Of a DNA stretch of 64,000 bases, positions 18,105 to 29,275 are shown piece after piece. Origin of the DNA: the human T2T-CHM13v2.0 reference genome, Homo sapiens. The DNA is taken from NCBI RefSeq assembly GCF_009914755.1, contig NC_060947.1, one strand, 5' to 3'. Position 1 is the stretch's first letter, and every line of letters begins with the position of its first letter. The notes under the pieces were generated by a model. It did not search any database and was not told the DNA's origin. It saw nothing but the letters and a program-made list of their open reading frames with translations. The position numbers were made by a program, and so were the translations under genes.

Positions 18105-18773
18105 ATTAATAACTTGAATGTTGAAGAGAACAGCAGTGGGGATCAGAGGCGGGCCCCACTGGCTGCAGGGACCTGGAGGTCTGCACCAGTTCCAGTGACC
18201 ACTCAGAACCCACCTGGCGCACCCCCCAATGTGCTCTGGCAGACGCCATTGGCTTGGCAGAACCCCTCAGGCTGGCAAAACCAGACAGCCAGGCAGACCC
18301 CACCAGCACGTCAGAGCCCTCCAGCTAGGCAGACCCCACCAGCCTGGCAGAACCCAGTCGCTTGGCAGAACCCAGTGATTTGGCCAAACCCAGTAATCTG
18401 GCAGAACCCAGTGATCTGGCCAAACCCCATTGTCTGGCCCGGCCCTGTTGTCTGGCCGAATCCACTGGCCTGGCAGAATCCACCTGGATGGCAGACTCCA
18501 CCTGGATGGCAGACCCCACCGGGCTGGCAGGGTCCTCCAGACTGGCAAGGTCCTCCTGACTGGCCGCTACCACCCGACTGGCCACTGCCACCTGATTGGC
18601 CACTTCCCACTGACTGGCCACTACCACCTGACTGGATCCCCGCTGATTGGCCAATTCCACCTGACTGGCAGAACCTGCGCCCCTCGCCTAACCTGCGCCC
18701 TTCTCCCAACTCGCGTGCCTCACAGAACCCAGGTGCTGCACAGCCCCGAGATGTGGCCCTTCTTCAGGAAAGA
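18105..18773 (+). CDS. MAGED1: MAGED1 exon 4 (INNLNVEE...LLQER) with WQxPxx hexapeptide repeats
   Basis: gcAG acceptor, AGA|GTAAGA donor, 669 nt; hallmark NRAGE repeat domain. Confidence 0.97.
18237..18716 (+). repeat. 18-bp coding tandem repeat (WQNPxx/WPNPxx/WQTPPG/WPLPPD)
   Basis: Visible 18-nt periodicity. Confidence 0.95.
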
Positions 18774-18903
18774 GTAAGAGCTGTAACTCCCCAGTCACTT
18801 TTCCCCTCTCTTGCTCTTTTCTTTGTCATCCTCTCATCTGTAATTCAACCAAGTTTTTTTGTAAATATTTTATAAGTTTAATGATTTCCTTTTTCCCTCC
18901 CAG

Positions 18904-18967
18904 GCAAATAAGTTGGTCAAGTACTTGATGCTTAAGGACTACACAAAGGTGCCCATCAAGCGCTCAG
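18904..18967 (+). CDS. MAGED1: MAGED1 exon 5 (ANKLVKYLMLKDYTKVPIKRS), start of the MAGE homology domain
   Basis: cAG/GTATGC sites, 64 nt. Confidence 0.95.
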
Positions 18968-18992
18968 GTATGCATCCAGTGTCCCCTCCCCA

Positions 18993-19093
18993 AGCTCTGC
19001 CCTTCCCTTCACTCCATGCTCTGTCAGCATTCTTCTGCTTGTAGCTCTGCCCTTCCCTTCACTCCATGCTCTGTCGGCATTCTTCTGCTTGTA
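18993..19093 (+). repeat. 50-bp tandem duplication in intron 5
   Basis: agctctgcccttcccttcactccatgctctgtc(a/g)gcattcttctgcttgt x2, one mismatch. Confidence 0.95.
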
Positions 19094-19242
19094 TGACCCT
19101 TCCCCTTCTATCCCCTCCTTTCCATGGTTGGCTCTTTCCACCCTTGAGGACCTTGACTGTGCTACCCCCAGCAGGGCTGGCAAAGGGACTGCTGCTCTGT
19201 GGCCCCCGCTCGGCTCAGATGGCTCCCTCCTCTCTCCTACAG

Positions 19243-19322
19243 AAATGCTGAGAGATATCATCCGTGAATACACTGATGTTTATCCAGAAATCATTGAACG
19301 TGCATGCTTTGTCCTAGAGAAG
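19243..19322 (+). CDS. MAGED1: MAGED1 exon 6 (EMLRDIIREYTDVYPEIIERACFVLEK)
   Basis: AG/GTGAGA sites, 80 nt. Confidence 0.95.
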
Positions 19323-19490
19323 GTGAGAAGGCAGCCCTGGGGTACAGGAATAATGGGGAAAGTCTTGATTTCAAAGATTCATGGGGTTCCTACTGGGAGT
19401 TTAGGGCAAGTCTCAGGGAGATGAGTGTCTGCCTATGGGTAGCTTATGCTAGATGTTGTAATTTCATAGTCTGTTTTCTTGCCCCTGTAG

Positions 19491-19582
19491 AAATTTGGGA
19501 TTCAACTGAAAGAAATTGACAAAGAAGAACACCTGTATATTCTCATCAGTACCCCCGAGTCCCTGGCTGGCATACTGGGAAC
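19491..19582 (+). CDS. MAGED1: MAGED1 exon 7 ([31 protein letters not shown])
   Basis: tAG/GTAAGA sites, 92 nt. Confidence 0.95.
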
Positions 19583-19809
19583 GTAAGATGGGAAAGAAGG
19601 TGGAACATGGCCTTTCTCAGTGGTGCTTTTTTTCTAGGAGTTTCACGTAGATCAGGGTCCAGGGTTCAGGGTCACATAGCAGGTCATGGGCAGAGCTGGG
19701 GTATAATTCTCCCCTAGCTGAGGAATATTGGGGAGGCTAGATGGGCAAGCTGGTTGGGGTCTCTCATGCAAATGGCTACTGAAAATATATTCTTTCTATA
19801 TTCCCTTAG

Positions 19810-19889
19810 GACCAAAGACACACCCAAGCTCGGTCTCCTCTTGGTGATTCTGGGTGTCATCTTCATGAATGGCAACCGTGCCAGTGAGG
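19810..19889 (+). CDS. MAGED1: MAGED1 exon 8 ([26 protein letters not shown])
   Basis: tAG/GTGAGT sites, 80 nt. Confidence 0.95.
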
Positions 19890-19980
19890 GTGAGTGGCTG
19901 GACCTGCAGCTGGGGGTTGGCCACAGCCTGATTTCCATGCTTATTTTCCGTCCCTTGTCTCCCCTTGCCTCCCATTGCAG

Positions 19981-20023
19981 CTGTCCTCTGGGAGGCACTA
20001 CGCAAGATGGGACTGCGTCCTGG
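19981..20023 (+). CDS. MAGED1: MAGED1 exon 9 ([15 protein letters not shown])
   Basis: cAG/GTATGA sites, 43 nt. Confidence 0.95.
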
Positions 20024-20276
20024 GTATGATTGGGCTCTCTCATCTCTTGCCTGTTTGTGCCATCCTTTGGCAACAGTGGATGGTCCCAGGATTGCATTAA
20101 CCTGGGGGTCTGGAGGGTTTGGTTTGGGGATGTTCAGAGCCCAAAGATGTGACCTGGGTGGATGGGGAAACAGTTCTGAACTCTCTGCCTCTTTTCTCAT
20201 CTCTGACCTCTGTTCTGGAAAGCTCTTTGGGCATGGTAATAGCCTCTGATTGTGGGTTTCCTTTTTTTACCTTCAG

Positions 20277-20339
20277 GGTGAGACATCCCCTCCTTGGAGA
20301 TCTAAGGAAACTTCTCACCTATGAGTTTGTAAAGCAGAA
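20277..20339 (+). CDS. MAGED1: MAGED1 exon 10 (VRHPLLGDLRKLLTYEFVKQK)
   Basis: cAG/GTAAGT sites, 63 nt. Confidence 0.95.
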
Positions 20340-20416
20340 GTAAGTGATGCCTAAGGGGCTTTTCCTGCTTCTTATGATTCTGCCTGTGTGCTGGTCAGCT
20401 TTAGAAAGCCCTTCCT

Positions 20417-20725
<309 letters not shown>

Positions 20726-20827
20726 TCAAGCTCGTTTCTTACACTATACTTGTGCATATGTGTTTCTGTGCATACAGAAACACTTATGTCCTCAGGAGTA
20801 TTTATTGCATATACTCCTCATGGTTAA

Positions 20828-21133
<306 letters not shown>

Positions 21134-21137
21134 GAAT

Positions 21138-21437
21138 TCTTTTGTTTGTTTTTTTCGAGACTGAGTCTCACTCTGTTGCCCATGCTGGAGTGCAGTGGTG
21201 CAATCTTGGCTCGCTTGAACTTCCACCTCCCAGGTTCAAGCAATTCTTGTGCCTCAGCCTCCCGAGTAACTGGAACTTCAGGTGCGTGCCACCGTGCCCG
21301 GCTGTTTTTGTATTTTTAGTAGAGATGGGGCTTCACCACGTTGGCCAGGCTGGTCTCAAACTCCTGACCTGAAGCAATCCACCCACCTCTGCCTCCCAAA
21401 GTGCTGGGATTACAGGTGTGAGCCACCACACCCGGCC
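21138..21437 (-). mobile_element. Alu, antisense, intron 10 (tandem to the previous one)
   Basis: Alu consensus. Confidence 0.95.
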
Positions 21438-21473
21438 AGAATTTTTCTAATTTTTCTACTTTTCTAAGCAGTT

Positions 21474-21669
21474 GTCTTGCAAGTGAAGCCCATCCACCAT
21501 CCCCACAGTAGACATTCCCAAGGCTGGGCCAGGCTGACACTTTTGCACTGCATTGTACTCATTTCAATGGACCTCTGTGGCTCACTGACAAGATTACAAG
21601 AATCTGGAGCTAGAGCTGAGGCAGAAGGAGTGAAAGGAAATGTTGTCCTTTCTGTGACCCTATACAAGC
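21474..21669 (+). ncRNA. Candidate H/ACA snoRNA-like element (possible diverged SNORA11/U107 paralog)
   Basis: 5' stem gtcttgcaagtgaagcc pairs with ggctcactgacaagat; H box acaaga 21596-21601; 3' hairpin gaaagga/tcctttc; ACA at 21664-21666. Confidence 0.35.
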
Positions 21670-21877
21670 CTCGCCTGCATCTCTAGTGAGTGCTTAGCGT
21701 TCTAGTGCAGGAATTTAAGGCTTGATGATTAAGGGGTAAATACCCTGATGGTGTTCAGGAATGAGCCCAAGGGGGAGTTGCTATCTGAAATCTGTTAAAA
21801 AATGTAAGATTATTTTTCATTAGTGGACTACCATTCTGCCTGGGTAGGTAGACACAAAGACTGTTTTGCTCTTTCAG

Positions 21878-21992
21878 ATACCTGGACTACAGACGAGTGC
21901 CCAACAGCAACCCCCCGGAGTATGAGTTCCTCTGGGGCCTCCGTTCCTACCATGAGACTAGCAAGATGAAAGTGCTGAGATTCATTGCAGAG
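21878..21992 (+). CDS. MAGED1: MAGED1 exon 11 ([38 protein letters not shown])
   Basis: cAG/GTAATG sites, 115 nt; MAGE EFLWG motif. Confidence 0.96.
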
Positions 21993-22224
21993 GTAATGGA
22001 GGAACTGTTCCAGCATTGATAGGTCAAGGGATGAAGTATAGCTGGCTGGGAAAGGCCCAGGGTAGGAATGAGATCCTAGGTGTGGCAGGTGGTAGGTGCC
22101 GCATTGCTGGTGGTATTTGTTGTTGCTGTTAGGTAAACTTAACATGTATTAGGTGCTAACATATGTTAATATATTAGCTAATACAATTATGAGTTTGTTT
22201 TGGGTTTTTTTTTAGGTTTTTAAA

Positions 22225-23215
<991 letters not shown>

Positions 23216-23248
23216 GGATTTTGTTTTGTTTTCTATTCCTCATCTCAG

Positions 23249-23626
23249 GTTCAGAAAAGAGACCCTCGTGACTGGACTGCACAGTTCATGGAGGCTGCAG
23301 ATGAGGCCTTGGATGCTCTGGATGCTGCTGCAGCTGAGGCCGAAGCCAGGGCTGAAGCAAGAACCCGCATGGGAATTGGAGATGAGGCTGTGTCTGGGCC
23401 CTGGAGCTGGGATGACATTGAGTTTGAGCTGCTGACCTGGGATGAGGAAGGAGATTTTGGAGATCCCTGGTCCAGAATTCCATTTACCTTCTGGGCCAGA
23501 TACCACCAGAATGCCCGCTCCAGATTCCCTCAGACCTTTGCCGGTCCCATTATTGGTCCTGGTGGTACAGCCAGTGCCAACTTCGCTGCCAACTTTGGTG
23601 CCATTGGTTTCTTCTGGGTTGAGTGA
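23249..23626 (+). CDS. MAGED1: MAGED1 exon 12 coding part (VQKRDP...GFFWVE*); exon ends at 23634
   Basis: cAG acceptor; TGA at 23624-23626; summed CDS = 2337 nt = 778 aa + stop. Confidence 0.96.
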   Translation, partial: VQKRDPRDWTAQFMEAADEALDALDAAAAEAEARAEARTRMGIGDEAVSGPWSWDDIEFELLTWDEEGDFGDPWSRIPFTFWARYHQNARSRFPQTFAGPIIGPGGTASANFAANFGAIGFFWVE

Positions 23627-23841
23627 GATGTTGGGTAGGTACATCACTTTGGATTGGGCAGTTAGGGTCTCTGGGGGATATAGGGTCCATGGGGTTGTAT
23701 TTATGTGCATGAGCTAGAAGTATTAGGAAACTCATTGTAGGGAGATGAGGAAAGTATGGGGCAGCACTCTTTGGTATGTATATTCCTTATTATTTGATAT
23801 ATATCATTGATTTTTTTACTTCTTCTTTCTTATGTTCACAG

Positions 23842-24050
23842 ATATTGCTATCAATCGCAGTAGTCTTTCCCCTGTGTGAGGCTGAAGCCTCAGATTCCTT
23901 CTAAACACAGCTATCTAGAGAGCCACATCCTGTTGACTGAAAGTGGCATGCAAGATAAATTTATTTGCTGTTCCTTGTCTACTGCTTTTTTTCCCCTTGT
24001 GTGCTGTCAAGTTTTGGTATCAGAAATAAACATTGAAATTGCAAAGTGAA
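23842..24050 (+). other. MAGED1: MAGED1 terminal non-coding exon 13 (3' UTR)
   Basis: Pyrimidine tract + cacAG acceptor; AATAAA at 24025-24030 with a downstream T-rich element. Confidence 0.85.
24025..24030 (+). terminator. MAGED1 polyadenylation signal
   Basis: AATAAA followed by a T-rich tract at 24068-24077. Confidence 0.85.
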
Positions 24051-25065
24051 TTAGATGTGCTCTCTGCTTCTTTTTTTCCCTATATTTGGGGAGCGAGCAA
24101 CATGTTTATGTGGGAGAGACAGGACCTCAGCTGTAGTTTGAAGGGTAGATCAGCTTTCAGCAGGTGGAAATGTGGGAAGATCTAGCTACTGGATTGGGAT
24201 ACAAAGGCAGGATCAATGAACACGAGACCCAAGAACTAGTATAGTTTATTCAATAAATATCACTTAAGTGACTCTCATGTGATAGATATGCTGCTAGGTG
24301 TCTTGGAGTGACATTGCGAGAAGTCGCATAGTGAGAGAGGGTATTGGTGCTCAGACAGTTGCACTTAAGAACACAGAGGAGGTGGAGCTCCAGGTGATGA
24401 TAAGGTCCAGAGAGTAGGTAGTTGAAGGGGACAGAAGGTGACTATTCTGGAGATAAGGGGTCCATGGCCTGTGATTCTAGGGTGTTGGTTATACAACCCA
24501 TGTGGAAAGTGAAAGAACTCCAGGAGGGCAGCAGGAGTAGGAGTAGAGAACACTATGAGTTAGATGCCAGAGTCTCCTCTGTGAGAAGGAAGATATACCC
24601 CTAGCCACATTGCTCATAAAGGGATGGGCTCACAGGCACTCCTCCCCATCTCTGGAAATGCTGCCCAGGATCCTGTCCCTCTAGGAGGCCCTCACAATCT
24701 TCCCACTTGCACAGGACCGGGGCTGCCTCCTCGAGACAGGATCTTATGGGCAGTGAAGGAGGCCTCACAATGGCCTCTTCTCTCCTGCAGGGAGAAAGAG
24801 AAGACTTTGTTACCTCAAGAACAAGAATTACAAAGTAAGACAAAGCTCCATGCACAGGCTTTGACTGTGACTGTGAGCAGGAACTTGGCTTGAGCTGCTG
24901 AGTTCTATGCTGGAAGCAAGGCTCTCCCACTGAGGACAAAATTAGGCCTAGGCCATGACTTCCTTGGGTGCTTGGTGGTATCTGGACATGTGGACAAGGG
25001 CAGAGACGGGAGCTCCTGGGGCACAAAAAAGAGCAAAGGCAATTTGGCCTCCTGGGAAGGGTTTG

Positions 25066-25122
25066 GTAGTGGGTAGGGATGGTGTCCACAGCTTCCTTAG
25101 GTTCCTGAGTGATGTCCACATT
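25066..25122 (-). pseudogene. PFKFB1-like terminal coding exon relic (NVDITQEPKEAVDTIPTHY, stop codon lost)
   Basis: Minus-strand acceptor ctctctcctcAG; matches the recalled PFKFB1 C-terminus NVDITREPEEALDTVPAHY*. Confidence 0.85.
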
Positions 25123-25481
25123 CTGAGGAGAGAGCCCAGGATTAATAGGAAGGAGACAGCAGTGCAGGGCCCCAACGCCTCCCCTGCCTGTTGTCCTCAT
25201 TGCCAGGCTCCCCTCTTTCAGCCAGGCCTGGATCCTGACCCTCAGGTAGGCCTGGAGGAAATCTCAGCCTGAGGCCTTTTTGGCAGGGATTGCACCAGCC
25301 CTGCATCTCCATGATGCCTCAGGTCTGGGCTGTAGTTCCTGCATTTCTGGGTGCTGTTTTTTCCACCTTTTGGTGCAAAACACCCAGGCTCGGTGGGGTT
25401 GGGGCAGTCTTTCTGTGGAGAAGGTGCTTCCACCATGTGCTGTGTCCACAGCCAGCTTGGGTAATGGAGTCCCCCACCTAC

Positions 25482-25546
25482 CTCAGGCTTCTCCCGGTGT
25501 GTGTTCACGGCCTCCACATTCAGGTGGACGGACTCCACCTTGCAGC
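25482..25546 (-). pseudogene. PFKFB1-like penultimate exon relic (xCKVESVHLNVEAVNTHREKPE)
   Basis: 65 nt, acceptor ttcttttccaAG, donor GAG|GTAGGT; matches the recalled PFKFB1 GCKVESIYLNVEAVNTHREKPE. Confidence 0.88.
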
Positions 25547-26064
25547 CTTGGAAAAGAACAATCCATCTTTCCATAAGTCCCCAAGGTAGGCACAGGTCTT
25601 CCATGGGGTATCACCTCCCTCCCATCACCACCCACACTCCCAGCTTCATACTGTGTACAGATCATGACTTGCCTGGGGAATTTAGACAGCTGTGTGATGT
25701 GTGGGGAAGACACCAGGCCTAAGAGGCAGCCAACAGGGCATCCTGTCACCTCTGCCCCTAACAGTCTTAGTTCTCTGAGCTTTAGTTGCTCATTTGTAAA
25801 TGGGGATGGAGATGAGAGATGAACTCTACGGCTGCCCACAGCTCTTGAGGTCCGCAGGACATCAGTCGCATCTGTGTAATATTGATGTAGCTCTGTGGAT
25901 CCTCCAAGCCGTGTTAGGTGCTGAAGAGGTGCAAGAGTCCTGGGGCTACTGCCTTGGGTGATCAGTACCAGGCAAAGTTTATCAGGAGGACAATGTGGTT
26001 GTGGCAACACCAGGAGTGTGGAAGATCACGTGGGAGTTTTAGGGAACCTGAAGAAGGAAGAGGG

Positions 26065-26106
26065 TGCATCTTTGGGGTTTGGGGCTGCATCTTTGGGGTT
26101 TGGGGC
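26065..26106 (+). repeat. 21-bp tandem duplication tgcatctttggggtttggggc x2
   Basis: Exact duplicate. Confidence 0.9.
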
Positions 26107-26640
26107 TGACAGAGGAGGCCTAATGCCTGTGGAAGCTCTGTGGACTGCACCTTACTCCAGGCTTCAGTAGGCCATTCTGCTCTGTCCACACCCCAGAATA
26201 GGTTTGATTCTGTCCCTTCCCTGCTCATGAAATTCTTGTGTAATTTGCACAATTGGCAAAATCAGAACAAAGTCTTTAGATTTAGATTAGACAACAATAT
26301 TATATTAATGTTAGTGGCCTTATTTTGATTATATTATTTTTTTCTGCAAGAGAGTGTCTTTGTAATTTAGTCTCCAAATATTTATGGAAGTGTGTGTGCG
26401 TGTGCACATACATAGAGAGAAGGAGAGACAAAAGACAGGGAGGATAAAACAAATGTGATAAAATGTTAACATTGAAGAATCTAGGTTAAGTGTAGACAGG
26501 AATTTTTTTTAACTAGTTTTGCAACATTTTTTGTAAGTCTTCAATTATATCAGAATAAAAATTTAAATTTAAAAAGTACTTTTATTTTTACAAATATTCA
26601 CTGAAATTCATCTGACTAGCATGTACTACACACACTTCTT

Positions 26641-27066
26641 TTTTTATCACCAAATGCTCACTTCCTTTTAATTATTATTATTATTTTTAATTAATTTCTA
26701 TAGGAATTTTTTAAAATTATACTTTAAATTCTAGGGTACATGTGCACAATGTGCAGGTTTCTTACATAGGTATACATGTGCCATGTTGGTTTGCTGCACC
26801 CATCAACTCGTCATTTACATTAGGTATTTCTCCTTATGCTCTCACTCCCTCAGTCCCCCACCCCCTGACAGGCCCTGGTGTGTGATGTTCCCCGCCCTGT
26901 GTCCATGTGTTCTCGTTGTTTAACTCCTACCTATGAGTGAGAACATGCAGTGTTTGGTTTTCTATCCGTGTGATAGTTTGCTGAGAATGATGGTTTCCAG
27001 CTTCATCCATGTCCCTGCAAAGGACATGAACTCATCCTTTTTTATGGCTGCATAGTATTCCATGGT
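26641..27066 (-). mobile_element. 5'-truncated L1PA 3' end with a probable short 3' transduction
   Basis: L1PA 3' UTR; 18-bp TSD gtactacacacacttctt at 26623-26640 and 27065-27082. Confidence 0.9.
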
Positions 27067-27239
27067 ACTACACACACTTCTTGACATTGCACCCTTTGGG
27101 AAAAGGTCACTGTGCAACATGATGCAGTTATTCTTCATACAAACAAAAGTGCATTCACTCCTTTCCAAAGCAAGAAAACCAAAAGTCTCATAAGCTGTTG
27201 CATGCAGATCCAAATCCAGGGATAATTGTTCATCCTAAT

Positions 27240-27800
27240 TTAGCAGGGATTTTGAATAAGGACATGTGGGAAAATATCCAAAAAAGAGGTCTAGGGAAGT
27301 GGTATGTGGACTTCTTGGGATTGATCCAAAGCATGAGACTTAGTGTTAAATGTGCATTCTCACCAATAAGCTCTTAGTAATCAGGTGAGCAGTATTACCT
27401 ACTCATTGGAGGTCAGGAAGACTGTTTTCTCAGCTATTCCTGTGCTTGCTCGATGGGCACCTATACAAAGTCATATGGTGGCATGAACAGAGGCTATGTA
27501 TGGCCTCAACAAAAGGCGCTCACAAAGGCTGATATGACTACCCCTACTGCTGAGTGTGCAAATTTCCAAAACTATCCTGAGTTTCTGATATGTACCAATC
27601 CAAAGAGGACCAGCCCAGTACCTGGCAGTAAATTAATTACATTGGGCCCATTACATCATGGAGGGGTTTGTTGGCTTTATGATTTGTCAGCAATAAGTGA
27701 ATATTCTAGGTATGGATTTGCCTTCCCTACACACAATATTTCTGTCTTATCACCACCTGTGATCCTACAGAATGCCTCATTCACTGTTGTGAAATTTCAG
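27240..27800 (+). mobile_element. ERVL-type internal (integrase) remnant
   Basis: Degenerate GG..RGYVWPQQ..LTKADMTTPTAECANFQ, W..DYIGPL-like and YSRYGFAFP motifs typical of ERVL IN. Confidence 0.7.
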
Positions 27801-27915
27801 CGTGGGATGACAAAAAAATATGTGTATATGTTAGCCAAATGAACTGTGGTGAATATTTATCTTGTTGGTATCCTGATTGCACCCATTTTCCTTTTAGGAT
27901 AATACAGTTTCCAAT

Positions 27916-28505
27916 TGTAGTAAATGGGATTTTAGGATGGCCGACAAGATCCCTACCCTCTGGTGTACATAGACTTTTTGGCAGTTATTCAGTAAAACAC
28001 TAATCTAGATGCTGTTGTGAAAGGATTTTGTACATGTAATTAACATCCAAAATCAGTTGACCTTAAAATCAGGTGGGCCTGACCTACTCAAGTAAGACTT
28101 TAGAGGGTACTGCACTCATCTTGGGAAGAGAGATTTGAAGATTGAGAGGGATTTATGCATGGAAATTCTCCATTCCTAGATTTGAAGATGGAGATGCTAC
28201 ATGGCAAAGAATATGAGTGGCCTCTATGGGATTAATGAGGCCTCCAGCTGATAGCCAGTAAAGAAATGAGGACCTCAGAACTATAGCTGCAAGTACAAGA
28301 GTTCTGCCAATAATCTGAATGAGACTGGAAGGCATCAGAAAGAAAGGCAGCCCTGCTGACACCTTGATTTCCATCTTGCTTGAACAGAGAACCTAGCCAA
28401 GGCATGCCACACCTTTTGTCCTATAATAACTTGCAGATAATAAATGGATGTTGTTTTAGCCACTCAGTCTGTGGCTGTTTGCTATGCATTAAAAGAAAAC
28501 CAATA
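27916..28505. mobile_element. MaLR LTR (MLT1-like)
   Basis: taggatggccgacaagatcc...ccagctgatagccagtaaagaaatgaggacctcag...ataataaatggatgttgttttagcc. Confidence 0.75.
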
Positions 28506-29129
28506 TGTAGTCTTTGTGGAATGACATGTCTAGATGTTTTCCTCCCCTTATTGACAAGGAGTAAATCAGATTATTCCTCTCTGGTTCCAATATTGCCACG
28601 GGACAGGCATGCAACCTATTCTTAGTCAATTACATGCCCTCTCCTTGGACTTTGAAACTTAAGTGATTGACACAAGAGTGAAAAAAAAGGCTTATGTGAT
28701 TTTTATCCCCAGAGCAGCATCCTTATCAGACCGTTCCTGTGTTTCATGCTCCTATCCAGTTCTCAAGTTACTTTCTCCAGTCTCCTTCCAGTTCTGTGAG
28801 CCTCTGACATCTGTCTAACAAAATCCATTTTATTTACATTGGCAAAGAAAAATTCTTATTGATTGTGACCAATCATGTGGTGAAGCCAGTTTGTACCAGC
28901 TTGAGACAGTGTATTGTATGTACCTCGTCCCACCTTTGCCTTCAGTGAAATTGGCCATGGTGGGATTATTAACTTTGTGAAAAATGGCAGACTACCAATT
29001 GGGAATTTTTAAAATCAGAGAACTAGTTATTAACCATTTACCAGCACATCATTGCTTGCAAACAAAATCTTAAGTAATGGAATACGTATGGATTACAAAG
29101 GGGCTGGACACTGAGCTCTAGGAGGGCAA

Positions 29130-29275
29130 AGGCAGCAGGGTATTGTGGAAAGAACTTGGATTTCACCATCAGAGAATCCTAGATTCTAATCCCATGTTTC
29201 TTCAGTGGTGTGACTTTGAGCAAGTATCTTCGCCTCTCTGAGTCTTAGTGTACTCACCTATGAAAGTAGGTGAGG
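29130..29275. mobile_element. MIR
   Basis: gtgactttgagcaagtatcttcgcctctctgagtcttagtgtactcacctatgaaa. Confidence 0.7.

Noticed and set aside
18267-18709. Minus-strand ORFs with GQSGGS/GFCQ repeats
   Set aside because: Antisense shadows of the MAGED1 hexapeptide repeat.
20100-20240. Possible snoRNA-like words in intron 9 (ggggatgttcagagcccaaaga)
   Set aside because: No convincing H box/ACA arrangement; the intron 10 candidate fits much better.
23240-23710. 156-aa minus-strand ORF
   Set aside because: Antisense shadow of exon 12.
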